Assembly (NCBI GenBank): GCA_963843975.1
Contig: CAWJMG010000001.1
Span: forward strand, 480,001 to 512,000
Direction of reading: 5' to 3'
Source: an uncultured Actinomycetes bacterium
Lineage (GTDB): Bacteria; Actinomycetota; Actinomycetes; S36-B12; CAIYMF01
Length of the DNA: 32,000 nucleotides
The notes under the pieces were generated by a model that did no database searches, was not told the DNA's origin, and saw only the letters and a list, made by a program, of their open reading frames with translations. Each line of letters opens with the position of its first letter. Position 1 is the first letter of the stretch. Both the position numbers and the translations under genes were made by a program. Positions 1-8,968 of this stretch are shown in pieces.

Positions 1-25
1 CCGCGGTGGTGAGGCCGTCACTCAT
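1..25 (-). CDS. purE: N5-carboxyaminoimidazole ribonucleotide mutase (PurE), first 8 codons only, continues off the window
   Basis: ATG at 25..23 (minus) overlaps the purK stop in the string ATGAGTGA. Only MSDGLTTA is visible. The call rests on conserved purK-purE order. Confidence 0.3.
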
Positions 26-1202
26 CGATGACTCCCGTGAGGTAGTCGGCGGCGTGGTGGGCGCGCGCCAGCAGGTCGTCGAGGTCGTCCCCGACGACGG
101 TCACGTGGCCGAGCTTGCGCCCGGGCCGCACGTCCTTGCCGTACATGTGGATCTTCAGCCCCGGGTCGCGCGCCATGCAGTGCAGGTAGGCCCGGTAGAG
201 GCCGTCCTCCTTGTCGCCGCCGAGCACGTTCACCATCACGGAGTACGGCGCGATCGCGGACGGGTCGCCGAGCGGCAGGTCGAGCACCGCGCGCAGATGG
301 TTCTCGAACTGCGAGGTGACCGCGCCGTCGATCGACCAGTGGCCGGAGTTGTGCGGGCGCATCGCGAGCTCGTTCACGAGCACGCGGCCGTCGCGGGTCT
401 CGAACATCTCGACCGCGAGCATGCCCACGACGTCGAGCACCTTGGCCACGGTGAGCGCGGCCTGCTGAGCAGCGACAGCCTCGTCGTCGGTGAGCCCCGG
501 CGCCGGGGCGACGACCTCGGTGCAGATGCCATCGGTCTGCACGGTGCGCACGACGGGGTAGGCCACGGCCTGGCCGTGCGGGCTGCGGGCGACCTGCGCC
601 GACAGCTCCTGCACGAAGTCGACCTTCTCCTCCGCGAGCCAGCGCGCGCCCGGGTTCAGCGTGGTCGAGGCGATGAGCGCTGCACCCTCGTCGAACGAGT
701 CGACCACCCACACGCCCCGGCCGTCGTAGCCGCCGCGCGAGGTCTTGAGCACCAGCGGCCACCCGGCCTCGGCGCCGAACGCCTCGAGCTGCCCGACCTC
801 GTCGATCGCCGCCCAGCGCGGGCACGGCACGCCGGCCGCGGTGAGCGCCTCGCGCATGATGATCTTGTCCTGCGCGTGCACGAGCGCCCGCCCGCCGGGG
901 CGCACGGCGACGCCCTCGTCCTGCAGCGTCTTGAGCAGCAGCGGCGGCACGTGCTCGTGGTCGAACGTGACGACGTCGCAGCCGGCGGCGAAGGCACGCA
1001 GGTCGTCGAGGTCGTCGTGGTCGCCCAGCCGCACGTCGCGCACGGCGTGGGCGGCGCTCTCCTGCATCGACGTCGCCAGCACTCGCAGTCCGACACCGAG
1101 CGCGATGGCGGGCTGCTGCAGCATGCGGGCGAGCTGGCCGCCGCCGATGACACCCACGACGGGGAACCCGGGCGCGACGTGCGCGTCGACGGATGAGGTC
1201 AC
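18..1202 (-). CDS. purK: N5-carboxyaminoimidazole ribonucleotide synthase (ATP-grasp, PurK)
   Basis: 394-aa ORF with N-terminal VGVIGGGQLARM motif and an ATP-grasp body typical of PurK. GTG start at 1202. Followed directly by a purE-like start. Confidence 0.9.
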   Translation of the reverse strand: MTSSVDAHVAPGFPVVGVIGGGQLARMLQQPAIALGVGLRVLATSMQESAAHAVRDVRLGDHDDLDDLRAFAAGCDVVTFDHEHVPPLLLKTLQDEGVAVRPGGRALVHAQDKIIMREALTAAGVPCPRWAAIDEVGQLEAFGAEAGWPLVLKTSRGGYDGRGVWVVDSFDEGAALIASTTLNPGARWLAEEKVDFVQELSAQVARSPHGQAVAYPVVRTVQTDGICTEVVAPAPGLTDDEAVAAQQAALTVAKVLDVVGMLAVEMFETRDGRVLVNELAMRPHNSGHWSIDGAVTSQFENHLRAVLDLPLGDPSAIAPYSVMVNVLGGDKEDGLYRAYLHCMARDPGLKIHMYGKDVRPGRKLGHVTVVGDDLDDLLARAHHAADYLTGVIDE

Positions 1203-1208
1203 CGCCAG

Positions 1209-1214
1209 AGCCTA
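1209..1214 (-). promoter_or_regulatory. Candidate -10 hexamer TAGGCT, 6 nt upstream of the purK GTG (leaderless-type arrangement)
   Basis: Minus strand reads TAGGCT-ctggcg-GTG. Matches the actinobacterial TANNNT -10 consensus. No Shine-Dalgarno sequence in the spacer. Confidence 0.4.
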
Positions 1215-1234
1215 GTCGGGCGTTCGGCGGTGTC

Positions 1235-2209
1235 CTACGAGCGGTGCCGCAGCTCGATCTCGTAGACGGCCGTGACGGTCTCGCCCGGCTCGCACTGAGC
1301 CAGCGGCCACCAGCCGCGGAACGGGTCGGTCGGTGCGGTCATCGGCTCCACGCACACCGTGTCGAAGATGAGCGGCGCGAACACGACGGCCACGTCGTAC
1401 CCCTGCACGTAGCGCACGACCACCTCGAGGTCGCCGGCGGCGACCGACACCTCGGTGCCGTCGGGCACCTCGAGGAACACGTCGTCGAGGAAGACGTCGC
1501 CGAGCGCGCCCTGCGGCAGCGGCGAGTCGGTGACCTCGCCCGTGGGGATGTTCTCGGCGTCGAGCGTCGCCCGGCGCGAGAGCGGTCCGCGCACCTCCCA
1601 CTCGGCGCGCGGCACGGCCGGGAAGTCGAACCACGGGTGCCACCCGAAGGCCACCGGCACGGCGACGTCGCCGACGGCGTCGAGCTCGGTCGTCACGCGC
1701 AGCACCGAGCCCTCGAGCTCGACCGTCACCACCAGGTCGTGCCGGAAGGGGAACTGCGCGAAGCAGTCGAGCGACTCGTCGAACCGCAGCCGCGACCGGA
1801 GCACAGCGGAGTCCTCGGACGCCCCGACATGCTCGACCGCCCACTCCGACGCGCCTGCGAGCAGTCCGTGGATCGGGTGGCCGTTGTCATCGGGGTGCAC
1901 GCGCGGGTCACCGACCTCGACGGTCCAGGCCACGTCGTCGACGGCCTGCGATGACGTCGAGAGGCGGTTGGCCCAGGGCGCGAGCAGCGGGATCCCGAAC
2001 GTGGAGGCGTGGTCGAGGTACGCCGCCATCCCGCCGCGGCGGGCGAGCACCTCGGCGCCGTCGAGCGTGAGCGAGGTGCCGACCATCCCGGCCCCGGGCA
2101 CGAACACGCACTCCACGCCCTCGGGCGAGACGAGCGTCACGCTGGCGAGTGCGGGGACGTCCGGATCGGTGCCGTGCCGAACGTCGTACCCGCCCTGACC
2201 TGCGCCCAT
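1235..2209 (-). CDS. Aldose 1-epimerase (galactose mutarotase-like) family protein
   Basis: 324-aa ORF with FGIPLLAPWANRL, HGLL and GWHPWF motifs typical of the aldose-epimerase fold. GGAGGA Shine-Dalgarno 5 nt upstream of the ATG. Confidence 0.75.
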   Translation of the reverse strand: MGAGQGGYDVRHGTDPDVPALASVTLVSPEGVECVFVPGAGMVGTSLTLDGAEVLARRGGMAAYLDHASTFGIPLLAPWANRLSTSSQAVDDVAWTVEVGDPRVHPDDNGHPIHGLLAGASEWAVEHVGASEDSAVLRSRLRFDESLDCFAQFPFRHDLVVTVELEGSVLRVTTELDAVGDVAVPVAFGWHPWFDFPAVPRAEWEVRGPLSRRATLDAENIPTGEVTDSPLPQGALGDVFLDDVFLEVPDGTEVSVAAGDLEVVVRYVQGYDVAVVFAPLIFDTVCVEPMTAPTDPFRGWWPLAQCEPGETVTAVYEIELRHRS

Positions 2210-2304
2210 GCCGTCCTCCGAGTCCGCCTGCCCGCGTCCGCACGGGGCACGCAGAGGCTAGCGGGAGCGCTCACACGGGTGCGGCCGAACCCACGTTCGG
2301 CAGG

Positions 2305-2310
2305 TACCAT
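2305..2310 (+). promoter_or_regulatory. Candidate -10 hexamer TACCAT, 6 nt upstream of the gtrA-like GTG
   Basis: TACCAT-cgccag-GTG on the plus strand. No SD in the spacer. Confidence 0.4.
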
Positions 2311-2316
2311 CGCCAG

Positions 2317-2829
2317 GTGAGCGAGACGACCCCCAGCCGTCGCGGTCTCGTCCGAGGGCTGATCGACGGCGTCGACAAGCTCTGGCACGAGGTCGCCAAG
2401 TTCGGCGTGGTCGGCGCCTTCGCCTTCGTCATCGACGTCGGCCTGTTCAACCTGCTGCGCTTCGCCGGCGGCGAGGGCCCGATGTACGACAAGCCGCTCA
2501 CGGCCAAGGTCGTCAGCGTCGCGGTCGCCACCACGTTCGCCTACTTCGGCAACCGCTACTGGACCTTCCGCCACCGGGGCCGCACGAGCTTCCACCGCGA
2601 GTACCTGCTGTTCTTCGTCCTGAACGGCGTCGGCATGGCGATCTCGGTCGGCTGCCTCTGGATCTCGCACTACCTGCTCGGCTTCACCGGCGCCGTCGCC
2701 GACAACATCAGCGCCAACGTGATCGGCCTCGGCCTCGGCACTCTGTTCCGCTTCTGGTCCTACCGGCGCTGGGTGTTCCCCGAGGACGTCGAGGCCGCCG
2801 ACGAGGCCGCGATCTCCACCACCGCCTGA
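2317..2829 (+). CDS. GtrA-family polytopic membrane protein
   Basis: The protein-like part of ORF 2149..2829 starts at GTG 2317 (VSETTPSRRG...). It has four hydrophobic helices and GNRYWTF / FRFWSYRRWVF motifs characteristic of GtrA-like proteins. Position matches Rv3277 next to purK. Confidence 0.85.
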   Translation: MSETTPSRRGLVRGLIDGVDKLWHEVAKFGVVGAFAFVIDVGLFNLLRFAGGEGPMYDKPLTAKVVSVAVATTFAYFGNRYWTFRHRGRTSFHREYLLFFVLNGVGMAISVGCLWISHYLLGFTGAVADNISANVIGLGLGTLFRFWSYRRWVFPEDVEAADEAAISTTA

Positions 2830-4124
2830 GGCTGGTCCACCGCCGGCACCTGCTGCTCCGCCGGCTTCTCCGCTGCCTCGGCCGTCGCCGGCAGGAAGAT
2901 CGCGAACACCGCCGGTCGCGCCGAGATCAGCTCGAGCCGGCCGCCGTCACCGCTCACGAGCGTGCGTGCCACCGCCAGCCCGAGCCCCGACGATCGTGCA
3001 CCGCTGACCGTCCGGTCGAAGACCCTGCCCTCGACCTCGGGCGCGACGCCCTCCCCCTGGTCTGCCACCTCGATGACGGCCCAGCCGCTCGTCTGGCGCA
3101 CCCGCACGGTCGTCACGCCCGCACCGTGGGCGAGCGAGTTCTCCAGCAGAGCCGCGAGCGCCTGCGCCTGCGCACCGATCTCGGCGTGCACCCGGATGCC
3201 CTCGCGCCCGGACACCTGCAGCCCACGACCCGCTGCCCGGTACGCCGGCAGCCACTCGGTGACCTGCGCCTGCACCATGTCGTCGATCGCGAAGTCGACC
3301 GGCATCGACGAGCGCTGCCCGCGCATCACGCCGACGACCTCGTCGACGACGCCCGCGAGCCGCTCGACCTGGCCGAGCGCGATGGCCGCCTCGTCGTGCG
3401 CGACATCGAGGTCGTCGGTCGTGCTGATCTCCTCGAGCCGCATGGAGATCGCGGTGAGCGGCGACTTGAGCTGGTGCGAGGCGTCCTGGGTGGCCTGCCG
3501 CTCGCGCTCGAGCATGTCGTCGAAGCGGCTGATGCCGACGTCGAGCACCTCGGCGACCATGTCGACCTCGGGCAGGCCGTAGCGCTGCTTCAGGCCGCGG
3601 CGGTCGCCGGTCGCGACCGAGGCGATGAAGTCCTTGAAGTCCTCGAACGGCTGGGTGAGGCGGCGGGTGTAGAACCAGGCCACCGCGGTTGCGATCCCGA
3701 GTGCGATCAGTGCGATCGCGAGCACGATGACGCCTTGCCCGGCCACCTGCGCGACCTTCACCGACGTGGGGATCAGGACCGTGACGGTCACCTCGTTGTC
3801 CATCGACGTTGCCGTCCACCCACTGGCGCTCGTCGGCTCGCCCAGGGTGAAGCTGCCGGCCTCGTGATCCCCGGTCGCCTTGATGTCGATGGTCACGTAG
3901 GCGTCGTTGTTTCGGGCCAGGCCTTCGAGCGCCGGCGTCTGCGGCGTCAGACCGGCGTTGACCTTCTCGTCGACCGACAGGGCGATGATCGAGGCCGTGG
4001 CATCGGCGCGGGACTGGGTGGCGATGGACATGAGCTGCCAGATGACGGTCATGAGGATGACGCCGAGCAGCACGAGCGCGAACGCCGTCGTGCTCATGAC
4101 GAGCACGAGGATGCGGCGGCGCAC
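2760..4124 (-). CDS. Two-component sensor histidine kinase
   Basis: 454 aa. Two TM helices flank a roughly 100-aa extracytoplasmic loop. H-box SHQLKSPLTAI, and a HATPase region with DQGEGV and GLGLAV. GTG start lies 1 nt after the response-regulator stop. Confidence 0.85.
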   Translation of the reverse strand: MRRRILVLVMSTTAFALVLLGVILMTVIWQLMSIATQSRADATASIIALSVDEKVNAGLTPQTPALEGLARNNDAYVTIDIKATGDHEAGSFTLGEPTSASGWTATSMDNEVTVTVLIPTSVKVAQVAGQGVIVLAIALIALGIATAVAWFYTRRLTQPFEDFKDFIASVATGDRRGLKQRYGLPEVDMVAEVLDVGISRFDDMLERERQATQDASHQLKSPLTAISMRLEEISTTDDLDVAHDEAAIALGQVERLAGVVDEVVGVMRGQRSSMPVDFAIDDMVQAQVTEWLPAYRAAGRGLQVSGREGIRVHAEIGAQAQALAALLENSLAHGAGVTTVRVRQTSGWAVIEVADQGEGVAPEVEGRVFDRTVSGARSSGLGLAVARTLVSGDGGRLELISARPAVFAIFLPATAEAAEKPAEQQVPAVDQPQAVVEIAASSAASTSSGNTQRR

Positions 4125-4125
4125 C

Positions 4126-4821
4126 TCAGACCTCCCGCTCGAGGCGCAGGCCGACGCCGCGGATCGTCGTGATCTGCGCGCCTGCGGGCCCGAGCTTCCG
4201 GCGCAGGGTGGACACGTGCATGTCGAGGGTCTTGGTCGCGCCCAGCCACTCGGTGCGCCACACCTCGCGCATGATCACCTCGCGGCTGACCGCCGTGCCC
4301 GTCTTGCGCAGCAGCAGCACGAGCAGCTCGTACTCCTTGGGCGTGAGCCCCGCGTCGCCCTCGACCCCGGTGACCTCGACGCGACGCGACGCCGTGTCGA
4401 CCGTGATGAGCCCGGCTCCGAGCACCTCGCCCTCGGGGGCGCTGCGCCGCAGCTGCACCCGGATGCGCGCGAGCAGCTCGGCGAGGCGGAACGGCTTGGC
4501 GACGTAGTCGTCGGCACCGGCGTCGAGGCCGAGCACGAGGTCGGGCTCGGACGTCCGTGCGGTCAGCACCAGCACCGGCAGATCGGCCCCGCGGCTGCGC
4601 AGGGTGCGGCACACGTCGAGGCCGTCCATCCCCGGCAGGCCGAGGTCGAGCACGAGCAGGTCCGCGTTGCCCGACAGCCCGCCGGCGAGAGCAGCGGGAC
4701 CGTCGACGACGTGCCGGACGTCGTACCCCTCGCGCAGGAGAGCGCGCAGCAGCGGCGTCGAGATGTCCGGGTCGTCCTCGGCGAGGATCACACGCGGCAC
4801 ACGGGCCGCGGCCGCGCTCAC
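4126..4821 (-). CDS. OmpR/PhoB-family response regulator
   Basis: 231 aa. Receiver domain (ILAEDDPDI, LLVLDLGLPGMDG, KPF) plus a winged-helix output (LTPKEYELL, VDMHVSTLRRKL). GTG start overlaps the upstream stop as GTGA. Confidence 0.9.
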   Translation of the reverse strand: MSAAAARVPRVILAEDDPDISTPLLRALLREGYDVRHVVDGPAALAGGLSGNADLLVLDLGLPGMDGLDVCRTLRSRGADLPVLVLTARTSEPDLVLGLDAGADDYVAKPFRLAELLARIRVQLRRSAPEGEVLGAGLITVDTASRRVEVTGVEGDAGLTPKEYELLVLLLRKTGTAVSREVIMREVWRTEWLGATKTLDMHVSTLRRKLGPAGAQITTIRGVGLRLEREV

Positions 4822-6470
4822 GGGCGCAGCGCGACGGCGACGGCCGCGCGCAGGACGTTGGCGTAGGGGCGCATCGGAGCCGACAGCTCGTCACCCACGA
4901 CCTCGAGCAGCCAGGCTCCCTGGCCGACGTCGGCCCCGCCAGTCATGAGCATCTCCGCCAGCCCGCCCGCCATGAGAAGCGCTGTCTCGGCCGGGTCGCT
5001 GCGCGGATCGTCGACGTCGACGACGACGACCTGGCCGGTGGCGGCGGCATACGACGCAGGGAACTCCTCGACGGGGAACTCGTTCGCCGCGAAGAACCGC
5101 GCGCCGTCGTTGTCGTCGCCCACCCGGGCGACGCCCGCCTCGACGGTCTCGATCGTGCCCAGCGTGCGCATCACGCGCGAGACGTACCACGCCGCGGCGT
5201 CCACCGTCTCGGTGAGCGTGCGCGCGACGACGGCGAGGCGGCCGACGGCGTCCCGATCGGGCACCTCGTCGAGGCGCGCGAGCACGACGTCGAGGAAGGC
5301 GCTGGGGCCCCGGGTGCCGCGGCCCCGGAACGCACGACGGTCGGAATCGACCGGCTGGGGGACGTCGTCCACCGCAGCAGCGCTACGGCGCCCCGCCACG
5401 ACCGGCACGCGGGACAGGGATCGCTTGGCGCGGTACTGCGCGGCGTCGGCCGCACGCAGCAGCCTCGACGCCGTTCCTGCCGACGACCCGAGGTCCTCGG
5501 TCGTGGCGACGCCGCAGGCGACTCCGTCCTCCAGCTCCTCGTGGGCCCGGCGGCAGATGTCGTCGGCGATCGCCTGGACGGTGGCGCTCGACAGACCGAC
5601 GGTCAGCGCGCAGAACTCGTCACCGCCGAGGCGGGCCGACAGGACGCCTGGATGGGCGGAGCAGGCGGCCGAGAACTCGGTCGCGAAGGTCGTGAGCACG
5701 ACGTCGCCGGCGTCGTGGCCGTGGGCGTCGTTGACCGCCTTGAGCGCGTTCACGTCGGCGACGATCACGCCGACGGTGATGCCCGACTCCCGGTGCTGCG
5801 CGAAGGCGATGTCGAGGTGGTCCTCGAACGCGCGGCGGTTGGCGAGGCCGGTGAGGTCGTCGGTGTAGACGAGACGCTCGACCCGGGCGACGTGCTCGGC
5901 CTGCGCGATGCCCGCGCCGACCTGCGAGGCCACGAGGCGCCCGAAGGCGATGTCGTCCTCGGTGAAGGGCGGCAGCGCGGCGCTGCGACCGGCCCACAGC
6001 TCGCCCCACACACGGCCGTCGAGGTGGATCGGGATGGCGAGCACGCAGTTCTTGCCCTCGGCCGCGAGCACCCGCTCGACCGACGGGTCGCCGTGGGGGT
6101 CGCCGGCGCACTGCACGTAGCCGGTGCCCTCGGTGAACATGCGGACGGCGAGCGGGTGGTCGGCGAGGCCGTACACCTCGTCGACGGGGTGCCGGTCCTG
6201 GTGGGCGCCGAGCTCGCCGACGTTCACCAGGGTGCGGACGAGTCCGCGCTCGCGCTCCCACACCGAGAGGGACACCGCCGACGCTCCGAGCGCCTGCCTG
6301 GACTCCTCGGCCATGACGTCGAGGAGGTCGGCGTAGTCGCGGGACGCCGTCACCAGCGACACCAGCTCCATGAGCGAGCGCATGCGGGTGGAGTCGCCGT
6401 CGCCCACGCGGGCCGACGGGACCACCGCGCCTCGTTCGGCCCCCACGCTCACCCTGGAAGTATCGACCAC
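4818..6470 (-). CDS. GAF-GGDEF-(GAF-like) diguanylate cyclase
   Basis: 550 aa. N-terminal GAF-like domain. GGDEF domain with DDLTGLANRRAF and an intact RLGGDEFC active site. C-terminal domain of about 190 aa is again GAF-like. Start uncertain: GTG 6470, or ATG 6383 / 6371. Confidence 0.8.
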   Translation of the reverse strand: MVDTSRVSVGAERGAVVPSARVGDGDSTRMRSLMELVSLVTASRDYADLLDVMAEESRQALGASAVSLSVWERERGLVRTLVNVGELGAHQDRHPVDEVYGLADHPLAVRMFTEGTGYVQCAGDPHGDPSVERVLAAEGKNCVLAIPIHLDGRVWGELWAGRSAALPPFTEDDIAFGRLVASQVGAGIAQAEHVARVERLVYTDDLTGLANRRAFEDHLDIAFAQHRESGITVGVIVADVNALKAVNDAHGHDAGDVVLTTFATEFSAACSAHPGVLSARLGGDEFCALTVGLSSATVQAIADDICRRAHEELEDGVACGVATTEDLGSSAGTASRLLRAADAAQYRAKRSLSRVPVVAGRRSAAAVDDVPQPVDSDRRAFRGRGTRGPSAFLDVVLARLDEVPDRDAVGRLAVVARTLTETVDAAAWYVSRVMRTLGTIETVEAGVARVGDDNDGARFFAANEFPVEEFPASYAAATGQVVVVDVDDPRSDPAETALLMAGGLAEMLMTGGADVGQGAWLLEVVGDELSAPMRPYANVLRAAVAVALRP

Positions 6471-6528
6471 GGGGGCGGCGTCCGTAGAGCCCCCCGGGGG
6501 ACATGGCCGGGATGTCGTCCGCTACGCC

Positions 6529-7539
6529 TCAGCCGGACGACCGCTGCAGCAGCACCGGACGCACGAGCCCGATGCCCCGGACCGCCCGCGGCGGGACGGG
6601 GCGCAGCGAGAAGCCGACGACGTCGGAGAGGACCTCCGCGGTGACGGCGTCGACCAGCACGGTGTCCGGCCGGGCGACGGCCGTGAGCCGGTTGGCGAGG
6701 TTCACGGTGGTGCCGAAGACGTCGCCGCGACGGGTGACGACGACACCGGTGGCGAGGCCGATCCGCAGGCGCGGCATCTCGTCGTCGGCCTCGTGCTCGG
6801 AGATCAGGCGCAGGCTCGCCTCGGCCGCGGCGGCCGGGTCGGCGGCCACGAACAGGATCTCGTCGCCGAGGGTCTTGATGACGCGGCCGCCGCTCGCCAC
6901 GACGATGTCCGCCGAGCGCGACTCGAACCGCTCCACCAGCCGGGCGAGCTCGTCCTCCTCGAGCCGGCGCGAGAGCCGGGTGAAGCCCACCTGGTCGGCG
7001 AAGCCGACGGTGAGGTGGCCGGTCTCGACCTCGCCGGAGGCCTCGGCGTCCGCGAGGCCGCGCTCGATGGCGGCGGCGAGCTGGCGGCGCCAGACGTGCA
7101 CGAGCAGCCGCTCGAGGACCGGCAGGAGGACGTCGAGCTCGCGGCCGAGCCCCTCGGCCGAGACCGGGCCCAGCGGGTCGTCGGTGTCGAGGACGCCGCG
7201 CTCGACCATGAGCCGACCGAAGGTGTCGGCCTGCCAGTCGGCGAGCCGGCTGGTGGTGAGCCCCAGGGCGCGCACCGCCTCGACCGCGTCGTCGCGGTCG
7301 AGCAGGCCGGCGGTCACCAGGGTGTCGAGCCGTCGCAGCGCGTCGGCGTCGCCCTCGGTGAACGCGACCGCGTCTCCGACGTCGGCGAACCCCATCGCCC
7401 GCCACAGCCGCTTGGCCTCGGTCATCGGGACGCCGGCCGCGTCGGCCACCTGCTCGCGGCGCAGCGTGCGCGGGGAGCCGAGCACCCGCTCGACGAGGTC
7501 GTCGACGACGTCCTCGGGGCGAGGGGCGTGGTCGGTCAC
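6529..7539 (-). CDS. Class III adenylate/guanylate cyclase with N-terminal helical regulatory domain
   Basis: 336 aa. The catalytic domain has both metal Asp motifs (VGFADQVGFT, IKTLGDEILFV) and the Asn/Arg pair (TTVNLANRL). The N-terminal ~150 aa resemble, from memory, the regulatory domain of Rv1264-type cyclases. GTG start. Confidence 0.8.
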   Translation of the reverse strand: MTDHAPRPEDVVDDLVERVLGSPRTLRREQVADAAGVPMTEAKRLWRAMGFADVGDAVAFTEGDADALRRLDTLVTAGLLDRDDAVEAVRALGLTTSRLADWQADTFGRLMVERGVLDTDDPLGPVSAEGLGRELDVLLPVLERLLVHVWRRQLAAAIERGLADAEASGEVETGHLTVGFADQVGFTRLSRRLEEDELARLVERFESRSADIVVASGGRVIKTLGDEILFVAADPAAAAEASLRLISEHEADDEMPRLRIGLATGVVVTRRGDVFGTTVNLANRLTAVARPDTVLVDAVTAEVLSDVVGFSLRPVPPRAVRGIGLVRPVLLQRSSG

Positions 7540-7564
7540 GGGCGCGGCGGAGCCGGTCGCCGGG

Positions 7565-8071
7565 TCAGGAGCTGCTGGGCTTGTTGCGGCGGCGCTCGTC
7601 GTCCTCGTCGTGGAGGCGGTAGATCTCGCGCTGGATGTCCTCGACGTCCGGGACGCTGCTGATGATGAGCTGGCCCTGGGTGCCGGCCGACTCGATCATC
7701 AGGGTGCCGCAGTTGAGCAAGCGCTCGATGGCGCTCTTCTTGAACGACACGTCGTTGACGCGCGAGAGGGGCATGTCGCGGCCGGACCGCGAGATCAGGC
7801 CGGTGCGCACGATGATGCGGTGGTCGGTGATGACGTACTGCGTCGTCATCCAGTAGAGGAACGGGCGTACCACCGCCACGACGAGGATCAGCAGCATGAT
7901 GATCAGGACGGTCCACCGGAGGCCGGAGTTGTCGAACTTCGCGATCAGCCAGATGCCGAGACCGAGCGTCACGAGCAGGACGATCACCGGCACGACGAGC
8001 GCGCGCCAGTGCGGCTTCAGCTCGTACTGGATCGTCTCGTCGTCGGCCAGGAGCTTCGTCGGGTAACCCAT
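7565..8071 (-). CDS. bPH_2 (YdbS-like) PH-domain membrane protein
   Basis: 168 aa. Two TM helices followed by TTQYVITDHRIIVRTGLISRSGRDMPLSRVNDV, typical of bacterial PH domain family 2. Positional equivalent of Rv3278c next to birA. Confidence 0.8.
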   Translation of the reverse strand: MGYPTKLLADDETIQYELKPHWRALVVPVIVLLVTLGLGIWLIAKFDNSGLRWTVLIIMLLILVVAVVRPFLYWMTTQYVITDHRIIVRTGLISRSGRDMPLSRVNDVSFKKSAIERLLNCGTLMIESAGTQGQLIISSVPDVEDIQREIYRLHDEDDERRRNKPSSS

Positions 8072-8092
8072 GGCGCAGATCGTCGCAGATCG

Positions 8093-8956
8093 TCAGCGCA
8101 GATGTTCGACGTCCCCCGCAGAGAGCGGCTGCGCCTCGGCGCCGGCCGGTCGCACGAGCAGCCGGCCGTGGCCGTCGACCCCCTCGGCCGCACCGTCGAG
8201 GACGGCGCCGCCTGGCAGGTGCACGCGAACGTCGCGGCCGAGGGTGAGGCAGGCGTCGCGGTACGCGTCGAGCAGGCCGGACCGCTCGGCGTCGCCGCCG
8301 GTGAGCTGCCAGGTGACGTAGTGGCGGCGCAGTGCCAGGAGGACGTCGACCACGAGCTGCTCGCGGCCGACGTCGACCCCCTCGAGCCGGGTCGAGGTCG
8401 CGCGCGGCACGGGCGCCTCCTCGGCCGTGAGATCGACGTTGAGGCCGATGCCGGCGACCACGGCGGGGCCGGACCGCTCCGCGAGCAGGCCGCCGAGCTT
8501 GCGCGGGCCGGGGCTGCCGTCACGTGCGTCGCCGTCGACGACGACGTCGTTGGGCCACTTGAGCCGCGCGGCGACACCCTGGGCGGCGAGCGCCTCCACG
8601 ACGGCGACGCCGGTGAGCAGCGGGATCCAGCCCCAGGCAGCCTCCGGCACGATCGGCCGCAGCACGACCGACATCGCGATGCCCGCGCCGTACGGCGACG
8701 TCCACACCCGCCCGAGGCGCCCACGGCCCTCGGTCTGCTCGTCCGCGACCACCGTGAACCCCTCGGGAGCGCCCTCCTCCACCTGGCCCACGGCGTCCGC
8801 GTTCGTGGAGCCGGTGGAGGGGATCACCGCGACCGGGCCCCACGCGGAGTCGCCCGCTGCGTCGAGCGCGGCCTGCAGCGCGTCGTCGTCCCACGCACGG
8901 GGGTCGTGCGAGGTGCGTCGCACCGGGTCGGAGGGGCGAGAGTCAGGGGGTGCCAC
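8093..8956 (-). CDS. birA: Biotin--[acetyl-CoA-carboxylase] ligase (group I BirA, no DNA-binding domain)
   Basis: The protein-like part of ORF 8093..9325 begins at GTG 8956. GRGRLGRVW biotin-binding motif is present. The upstream ORF extension is low-complexity and overlaps the divergent accD5 gene. Confidence 0.85.
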   Translation of the reverse strand: MAPPDSRPSDPVRRTSHDPRAWDDDALQAALDAAGDSAWGPVAVIPSTGSTNADAVGQVEEGAPEGFTVVADEQTEGRGRLGRVWTSPYGAGIAMSVVLRPIVPEAAWGWIPLLTGVAVVEALAAQGVAARLKWPNDVVVDGDARDGSPGPRKLGGLLAERSGPAVVAGIGLNVDLTAEEAPVPRATSTRLEGVDVGREQLVVDVLLALRRHYVTWQLTGGDAERSGLLDAYRDACLTLGRDVRVHLPGGAVLDGAAEGVDGHGRLLVRPAGAEAQPLSAGDVEHLR

Positions 8957-8962
8957 GTGGCT

Positions 8963-8968
8963 AAGGTA
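8963..8968 (-). promoter_or_regulatory. Candidate -10 hexamer TACCTT, 6 nt upstream of the birA GTG
   Basis: Minus strand reads TACCTT-agccac-GTG. This supports the internal start choice. Confidence 0.4.
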
